This document shows, one piece after another, positions 58,516-64,000 of a stretch of 64,000 nt of DNA. The notes below the pieces were generated by a model that did not search any database, was not told where the DNA came from, and saw nothing but the letters and a program-made list of their open reading frames with translations. The DNA is taken from assembly GCA_001797615.1 (NCBI GenBank), contig MGPV01000017.1:50019-114018 (forward strand), in the 5' to 3' direction. The position numbers were made by a program, and so were the translations under genes. Position 1 is the stretch's first letter, and every line of letters starts with the position of its first letter. This DNA comes from Deltaproteobacteria bacterium GWC2_65_14. GTDB lineage: Bacteria > Desulfobacterota > Deferrimicrobia > Deferrimicrobiales > Deferrimicrobiaceae.

Positions 58516-61134
58516 TCAGGCAGGTCCGCGGAACCGGAACCCGGAGGCTTCGTCCGGATCCACAAGAACGGCGTCTCCATCCGAAAATTCCCCCTTGAGG
58601 ATGCGGAGAGCCAGCGGGTCCTCGAGATGCTTCGCGATCGCCCTCCGCAGCGGCCTCGCGCCGAAGGTAGGATCGTACCCAAGCTCCGCGATCCTCTCCC
58701 TGGCGGCATCCGAGAGCTCGACGGTGATCTTCCGGTCGGCAAGACGGGCGTTGAGCTCCCGGAGCATGATCCCAACGATCCGCGCAAGCTCCCCCTTTCC
58801 CAGGGAGCGGAACAGGACGATCTCGTCGATCCGGTTCAAAAATTCCGGGCGGAATTCCCGGTGCAGCTCCTCCATCACCTTCTCCCGGATCGCCTCCTCA
58901 CCCGTCCCGTAGAGCTCCCGGATCCAGTGCGATCCGACGTTCGAGGTGAGGATCGCCACGGTGTTCCGGAAGTCGACGGTCCGTCCCTTCCCGTCGGTGA
59001 GCCGGCCGTCCTCGAGGACCTGCAGGAGGAGGTTGAAGACGTCCCGGTGCGCCTTTTCGATCTCGTCGAACAGGACGACGGTGTACGGCTTCCGCCGGAC
59101 CGCCTCGGTCAGCGCCCCGCCCTCCTCGTACCCCACGTACCCGGGGGGCGCGCCGATCATCCGGGCGACCGAGTGCTTTTCCATGTACTCGGACATGTCC
59201 AGTCGGACCATCGCCGCCTCGTCGTCGAAGAGAAACTGGGCAAGCGCCCGCGCCAGTTCCGTCTTGCCGACCCCGGTCGGCCCCAGGAAGAGGAACGACC
59301 CGATCGGCCGTCTCGGGTCCTTCAGCCCGGACTTCGCCCGCCGGACGGCGTTCGAGACGAGCCGGACCGCCTCGTCCTGCCCCACGACCCGCTCGGCGAG
59401 CCGTTCCTCCATCCGGAGCAGCTTCTCCACCTCCGCCTCGACCAGCCGGGAGACCGGGATGCCGGTCCACCGGGAGACGACCTGGGCGATATCCTCCTCG
59501 TCCACCTCCTCCTTCAGGAGGCGCCCCTCCGCTTTGGGGGGGACACTCCTGTTCCCATCGGCGAGAAAACCAGGAGTGTCCCCCCGCAGGGCTTCCGCCT
59601 CCCGCTGCAGCGCCGGAAGGATGGAATACTTCAGCTCCGAGGCCCGCTCGAGGTTTCCCTCCCGCTCCGCCCGCTGCATCTCGGAGAGCGCCCGCTCGAT
59701 CCTCTCCTTCACCTCGCGGCTCTTCCCGATCGACCGCTTCTCCTCCTCCCAGCGGGAACGAAGCTCACCGGCCCTCCCGGAGAGCCGGGAAAGCTCCTCC
59801 TCGATACGCGCCAGCCGCTGGGCGGAGACCGGGTCGGTCTCCTTCGTGAGGGCCTGCTTTTCGATCCGGAGCTGGGTGATCCGCCGCTCCACCTCATCGA
59901 TTCCGGTCGGGACGGAGTCGATCTCGATCTTGAGTTTCGAGGCCGCCTCGTCCATGAGGTCGATCGCCTTGTCCGGCAGAAAGCGGTCGGGGATGTACCG
60001 GTGGGAGAGGGTGGCGGCGGCGACGAGGGCGGAATCCTTGATCCGCACGCCGTGGTGGACCTCGTATCGCCCTTTCAGCCCCCGCAGGATGGCGATCGCG
60101 TCCTCCACGGAAGGCTCCGGGACCATGACCGGCTGGAAGCGCCTCTCCAGCGCCGCGTCCTTCTCCACGTGCTTCCGGTACTCGTCGAAGGTGGTCGCGC
60201 CGACGCAGCGGAGCTCGCCCCGGGCCAGGGCGGGCTTGAGCATGTTCGAGGCGTCCATCGCCCCTTCCGCCTTCCCGGCCCCCACCAGGGTGTGGAGCTC
60301 GTCGATGAAGAGGACGACCCTCCCCTCCGCCGCGGCGATCTCCTTGAGGACCGCCTTGAGCCGGTCCTCGAACTCACCCCGGTACTTCGCCCCGGCGATC
60401 AGCGCCCCCATGTCCAGCGCCAGCACCCGCTTGTCCCGAAGCCCCTCCGGGACATCTCCCGAGACGATCCGCTGGGCCAGCCCTTCCGCGATGGCGGTCT
60501 TCCCCACCCCCGGGTCGCCGATCAGAACGGGGTTGTTCTTGGTCCGCCGCGACAGGACCTGGATCACCCTGCGGATCTCGTCGTCCCTCCCGATGACGGG
60601 GTCGAGCTTTTCCCGTCGGGCCAGCTCCGTCAGATCCCGGCAGTACTTGTCGAGGGCCTGGTACTTTGCCTCCGGGTTCTCGTCGGTGATTCGCTGCGTC
60701 CCCCGGATTCCGGTCAGGGCCGACAGCAGCGCCTCGCGGTTCGCCCCGTGCTTCCGGAGCAACCCCTCGATCTTCCCCCCCTCCGCGGCCATCGCGAGGA
60801 GGAAGTGCTCGGCGGAGAGAAACTCGTCCTTGAAGGCGTCCGCCTCGGACATCGCACGGGAAAAGAGCGGCTCCATCCGGGGGGAGAGCCCCCGGCTCAC
60901 CGCGCCGGTGACCTTCGGGAAGGACGCGGCCATCGAGGCCGCGTCGGATTCGAGGGAAGGCAGCGCCACCCCGGTGCGCGCGAAGAGGTCCCGGGCAACC
61001 CCGCCCTCCTGCCGGAGCAGCGCGAGGAAGAGATGCTCCGGCTCCACCTGGGCGTGCGCCTCGCCGGAGGCGATGCGCACCGCCTCCTGCAGCGCCTCCT
61101 GCGATTTGACGGTGAGCTTGTCGAGAGAGATCAT
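58516..61134 (-). CDS. clpB: Chaperone ClpB (Hsp104-type disaggregase; two AAA+ modules plus coiled-coil M-domain).
   Basis: 872 aa with NBD1 Walker [12 protein letters not shown]2 Walker [10 protein letters not shown], a coiled-coil M-domain and the sensor-2 GARPLRRAI. There is a ~13-aa insertion relative to E. coli ClpB near the M-domain/NBD2 junction (see findings). Confidence 0.92.
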   Translation of the reverse strand: MISLDKLTVKSQEALQEAVRIASGEAHAQVEPEHLFLALLRQEGGVARDLFARTGVALPSLESDAASMAASFPKVTGAVSRGLSPRMEPLFSRAMSEADAFKDEFLSAEHFLLAMAAEGGKIEGLLRKHGANREALLSALTGIRGTQRITDENPEAKYQALDKYCRDLTELARREKLDPVIGRDDEIRRVIQVLSRRTKNNPVLIGDPGVGKTAIAEGLAQRIVSGDVPEGLRDKRVLALDMGALIAGAKYRGEFEDRLKAVLKEIAAAEGRVVLFIDELHTLVGAGKAEGAMDASNMLKPALARGELRCVGATTFDEYRKHVEKDAALERRFQPVMVPEPSVEDAIAILRGLKGRYEVHHGVRIKDSALVAAATLSHRYIPDRFLPDKAIDLMDEAASKLKIEIDSVPTGIDEVERRITQLRIEKQALTKETDPVSAQRLARIEEELSRLSGRAGELRSRWEEEKRSIGKSREVKERIERALSEMQRAEREGNLERASELKYSILPALQREAEALRGDTPGFLADGNRSVPPKAEGRLLKEEVDEEDIAQVVSRWTGIPVSRLVEAEVEKLLRMEERLAERVVGQDEAVRLVSNAVRRAKSGLKDPRRPIGSFLFLGPTGVGKTELARALAQFLFDDEAAMVRLDMSEYMEKHSVARMIGAPPGYVGYEEGGALTEAVRRKPYTVVLFDEIEKAHRDVFNLLLQVLEDGRLTDGKGRTVDFRNTVAILTSNVGSHWIRELYGTGEEAIREKVMEELHREFRPEFLNRIDEIVLFRSLGKGELARIVGIMLRELNARLADRKITVELSDAARERIAELGYDPTFGARPLRRAIAKHLEDPLALRILKGEFSDGDAVLVDPDEASGFRFRGPA
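59536..59585. repeat. Palindromic hairpin element GGGGGGACACTCCTG-N19-CAGGAGTGTCCCCC (copy 2), embedded in-frame within clpB.
   Basis: Read directly: a perfect 14-bp stem with a 19-nt loop. It matches the intergenic copy at 31963..32007 in arm sequence and loop length, and in about half of the loop positions. Confidence 0.55.
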
Positions 61135-61168
61135 CGGGTCATCTCGTGGCGGGGTACTCTCCTCAAGA

Positions 61169-62635
61169 TTACCGGTTCTTCACGGCGAGGAAGATCCGCC
61201 CCTCCCCGCGCTCCACCAGAAACAGCACGGTCTTGTCGTCCTTGACCTTCTTCATCACCCGCTGGAACTCCCCGGTGTCCTTCACCGGCTCCCGGTTGAT
61301 CTGCCGGATGATGTCCCCTTCCCGGAACCCGGCGTCCTCCGCGGGGCTTCCCGACTCGACGGAGGTGACCAGGACCCCCTGCCGGCTCTCGATTCCCATG
61401 TGCCGGGCGATCTCGGGGGTGATCGCCTGGACGGTGAGCCCCAGCCCCTTCGACAGGTCGCCACCCTCCTTGCTGCGGGCGGGCTCCTCCCCTTCCATCT
61501 CCGCGATCGTCAAGGGGATCTCGATCCGCTTGGTGTCGCGCACCACCGTGACCTGCACCTTCTTCCCCGGGCTCGTGGAGGCGACGACCTGCGGAAGCTC
61601 GTGCTGGTCCTCCACCTCCTTCCCGTCGAAGCGGACGATCACGTCCCCGGAGCGGATCCCGGCCTTCTCCGCCGGGCCGCCCTTGGTCACGTCGGCCACC
61701 AGCGCCCCCTTCCCCTCGGGGACCTTGAGCGACTCCGCCATGTCCGGAGTCAGCTTCTGGATGTAGACGCCGAGCCACCCCCGCGTCACCTTCCCCTTCT
61801 CCTTCAGCTGGCCGAGCACCGCTTTCGCCATCTGGATCGGGGTCGCGAAGCCGATCCCCTGGCCCCCCTGGATGATCGCCGTGTTGATCCCGACGACCTC
61901 CCCTTTCAGGTTGAACAGAGGCCCTCCGGAGTTCCCGGGGTTGATCGAGGCGTCGGTCTGGATGAAGTCGTCGTACGGTCCGGATCCGATCACCCTCCCC
62001 TTCGCGCTGACGATCCCGGCCGTGACGGTATGCCCGAGGCCGAAGGGGTTCCCGATCGCCACGACCCACTCCCCGATCTCCAGCCCCTCGGAGTCCCCGA
62101 GACGGACATAGGGAAGCGTCTTTCCCGGCTTGATCTTGATGAGGGCGATGTCGGTCTTCGGGTCGGTCCCCACCACCTCGGCCTTGTAGTCCTCCTTGTC
62201 CAGAAGGGTCACGGTGATCTCGTCGGCCTTCTCGACGACGTGGTTGTTCGTCAGGATATACCCGTCCCCCGAGACGAGGAACCCGGACCCCAGGCTCCTG
62301 CGCTTCTGCTCCCGCGGGATGTTTCCGAAGAAGTTGTCGAAAAAGTCCTCGAAGGGATCCCTCCCGAAGGGGGATCGCATGCGCGGCCGGCTGAACCGCA
62401 CCACCTGGGTCGTGCTGATGTTCACGACCGACGGAGAGGTCCCCTTCACCAGCGACGGGATATCGACGGGGAGCAGTCGACCCGGGGTCGGGACCGGGGC
62501 TGCGGAGCCCGCATCCCGCCCCTTCTCCCCCAGAAACGCGTCCGAGAGCGGCGAAAGGTTGAACCCCGCCGAGAGCACGAACCCGGCCGCCACCGCTGCC
62601 AGGACCAGGACCACGACCTTGCTTTTCCGGATCAC
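61169..62635 (-). CDS. Periplasmic serine endoprotease DegP/HtrA family (trypsin-like domain plus two PDZ domains).
   Basis: Signal peptide [18 protein letters not shown], catalytic triad context (..ILTNNHVV.., ..DIALIK.., GNSGGPL) and two PDZ domains. Confidence 0.88.
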   Translation of the reverse strand: MIRKSKVVVLVLAAVAAGFVLSAGFNLSPLSDAFLGEKGRDAGSAAPVPTPGRLLPVDIPSLVKGTSPSVVNISTTQVVRFSRPRMRSPFGRDPFEDFFDNFFGNIPREQKRRSLGSGFLVSGDGYILTNNHVVEKADEITVTLLDKEDYKAEVVGTDPKTDIALIKIKPGKTLPYVRLGDSEGLEIGEWVVAIGNPFGLGHTVTAGIVSAKGRVIGSGPYDDFIQTDASINPGNSGGPLFNLKGEVVGINTAIIQGGQGIGFATPIQMAKAVLGQLKEKGKVTRGWLGVYIQKLTPDMAESLKVPEGKGALVADVTKGGPAEKAGIRSGDVIVRFDGKEVEDQHELPQVVASTSPGKKVQVTVVRDTKRIEIPLTIAEMEGEEPARSKEGGDLSKGLGLTVQAITPEIARHMGIESRQGVLVTSVESGSPAEDAGFREGDIIRQINREPVKDTGEFQRVMKKVKDDKTVLFLVERGEGRIFLAVKNR

Positions 62636-63117
62636 GCCTTCTTTCCTCCTCCGCCCAGTCCGCCCCCGGGCCCGGACACCACAGAATTCACCGCGGCCAC
62701 GTAGGCCATCCGCAGGTGGTACAGCCCCTCCGTGAGGACACTCTTCTCCTCATCGTCGAGATTCCCCTTCGTCTTGGCCTGCAGGACCTCGAGCATGTCG
62801 ATCGATTCCTTCGCCGCCGGAAGGTCCACCGGGGAGCGGGTGCCGTCCCGGGACTGCACCAGCCCCAGGTTCACCATCGTCCCCATCTGCAGCGTCATCA
62901 CGAGGTCGTTGAACGTCGGGCCCGCGATGGACGACCCGGAGTCGCCGGGGCGTTTCTCCCCTTGGACACCGGCCGGGCCCGGACGGTTCCCGGGTTCCCG
63001 CTTCGGACCCGGCGAGTCCGGAGCCGCGGCGGCCTTCGGCTCCTCCGGCTTGGGCTCCTCCTTCTCCACGCCGCGCTTGTCCACCACCCGGAATCCCTTC
63101 GGTTCCTGATCGGCCAT
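62632..63117 (-). CDS. DUF1844-domain hypothetical protein.
   Basis: The probable start is [15 protein letters not shown]. It has a low-complexity Pro/Glu/Lys linker and a conserved C-terminus [18 protein letters not shown]...[16 protein letters not shown]. Confidence 0.5.
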   Translation of the reverse strand: MADQEPKGFRVVDKRGVEKEEPKPEEPKAAAAPDSPGPKREPGNRPGPAGVQGEKRPGDSGSSIAGPTFNDLVMTLQMGTMVNLGLVQSRDGTRSPVDLPAAKESIDMLEVLQAKTKGNLDDEEKSVLTEGLYHLRMAYVAAVNSVVSGPGGGLGGGGKKA

Positions 63118-64000
63118 CAGGCAGGCACCCCCTGCAATGTCACGACCACCCCGCCGTCCCGCTCCTCCACGAAGAAGTGGTCGGATTCCTTCCATTGAAG
63201 CGTGATCGGCATCTTCACCATCTCGTCGATATGCCGCTTGAGGAACCGCGCCCCGTACTTCACGCTGAACCCGGAGCGGGAGAGGACGTCCAGCGCCCCG
63301 TCGGACACGGCAAGCGTCTTTCCCGCCCCGGCCATCGTCTTCCGGATCGTGGCGAGATAGAACTCGGCGATCCGCCGGACCTCCTCCGAGGAAAGGGGGG
63401 AGAAGACGATGACGTCGTCGAGCCGGTTGATGAACTCGGGGCTGAACCGGTGCTCCACCGCCTTCAGGATGTTTTTCCGAATCGGCTCAAAGTCCTCGCT
63501 GGAGGTGAATCCCAGCGGGCGGGTCAGCTTCCCGATCTCATCGGCCCCCAGGTTGCTCGTCATGATGACGATCGCGTCCGAGAAGTAGACCTTCTTCCCG
63601 CGGCCGTCCGTAAGCCAGCCTTCGTCGAAGACCTGGAGGAAGAGGTTGTGGACGAAGGAGTCGGCCTTCTCGATCTCGTCGAGCAGGACGACGGTGTAGG
63701 GGTCGTCCCGGAGCTGGTTCGTCAGGATCCCTCCCCGCTCCGACCCGACGATCCCCCGGGGCATCCCGATCAGCTTGTCCACGGAAAGCGCCCCGTCCCG
63801 GTACTCGGACATGTCGACCCGCACCATGTGGCGATCGTCCCCGAACAGGTAGTCGGCGAGAGCCTTCGCCATCTCGGTCTTCCCCACCCCGGTGGGGCCG
63901 AGGAAAAGGAGCACCCCGTCCGGGCGGAAGGGGTTTTCCTTGAGCGGCCCCTTGTTCAGCCGCAGCGCCTTCGCGACGGCCCGGATCGCTTCGACCTGCC
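63117..64000 (-). CDS. ClpA/ClpC-family AAA+ ATPase, 3' portion (D2 module). The gene start lies beyond the window end.
   Basis: In-frame translation continues upstream of the first Met (..[30 protein letters not shown]..). It has the D2 Walker A, Walker B VVLLDEIEKA, sensor-1 TSN and a GARFLKRHI sensor-2-like region. Confidence 0.75.
   Translation of the reverse strand, partial: QVEAIRAVAKALRLNKGPLKENPFRPDGVLLFLGPTGVGKTEMAKALADYLFGDDRHMVRVDMSEYRDGALSVDKLIGMPRGIVGSERGGILTNQLRDDPYTVVLLDEIEKADSFVHNLFLQVFDEGWLTDGRGKKVYFSDAIVIMTSNLGADEIGKLTRPLGFTSSEDFEPIRKNILKAVEHRFSPEFINRLDDVIVFSPLSSEEVRRIAEFYLATIRKTMAGAGKTLAVSDGALDVLSRSGFSVKYGARFLKRHIDEMVKMPITLQWKESDHFFVEERDGGVVVTLQGVPA

Noticed and set aside
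58255-62704. ORFs 58255..61245(+, 996 aa) and 58946..62704(+, 1252 aa).
   Set aside because: They are antisense to clpB and degP and have low-complexity composition. clpB and degP are unambiguous.

Overview
This is a GC-rich (~65-70%) bacterial chromosomal window, gene-dense on both strands. Gene content and order point to a Desulfobacterota/Deltaproteobacteria-like anaerobe, though I cannot confirm taxonomy from sequence alone. Most long ORFs that run antisense to the genes listed here are high-GC artefacts and are rejected.

Main features, in window order:
- A partial two-subunit pyruvate carboxylase (pycB carboxyltransferase, pycA biotin carboxylase), then purC, a heterodimeric ABC exporter pair, and an M50 site-2 protease, all on the minus strand.
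- queH, a tRNA-Sec (selC, anticodon UCA), a tRNA-Val(CAC), an O-methyltransferase, and cysS.
- An Fe-S assembly cluster (iscS-iscU) embedded between a rubrerythrin-like diiron protein and two paralogous ~65-aa half-ferritin-like proteins, with a TlpA-like thiol-disulfide oxidoreductase, a 2x[4Fe-4S] ferredoxin, an Nfu-type carrier and a CBS/ACT protein nearby.
- A minus-strand operon encoding an acyl-CoA ligase, a 261-aa unknown protein and a secreted LysM-like protein, followed by a Walker-A-less GspE/MshEN-type pseudo-ATPase.
- An OmpA-like lipoprotein, a nitroreductase, a CNNM/HlyC transporter, and a divergent acuC (HDAC)/acuB-like pair separated by a perfect 10-bp inverted-repeat operator.
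- A COG2509 FAD enzyme, a GHMP kinase, an MBL hydrolase, and gmhA plus an unknown 311-aa partner.
- A CoA-binding protein, trxA with a translationally coupled thioredoxin-fold lipoprotein, the mreBCD-mrdA-rodA morphogenesis operon, ppiD, an SNase-like nuclease, and the membrane pyrophosphatase hppA.
- dusB with an NtrB/NtrC-type two-component pair.
- The rpsF-ssb-rpsR-rplI-dnaB cluster, in which DnaB carries a 422-aa LAGLIDADG intein at the canonical DnaB-b site.
- pth, rplY(ctc), prs, tRNA-Gln(UUG), spoVG and ispE, then clpB, degP, a DUF1844 protein and a partial clpA/C-like gene.

Non-coding observations worth a second look:
- A ~45-nt GGGGACACTCCTG-N19-CAGGA(A/G)TGTCCCC hairpin element occurs twice, once in an intergenic region and once in-frame inside clpB.
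- A ~115-nt repeat with conserved termini occurs twice, in the 31.8-32.2 kb intergenic region and upstream of dusB.
- A 420-bp non-coding region (31790-32211) holds both an element copy and a repeat copy.
- A 30-aa Arg/Lys-rich ORF sits immediately upstream of selC.

No CRISPR array, rRNA or obvious IS/transposase was seen. Coordinates I derived by hand (tRNAs, small ORFs, repeats, internal start codons) may be off by 1-2 nt. At the DnaB start I count homopolymer runs differently from what the ORF track implies, so there I have deferred to the track.
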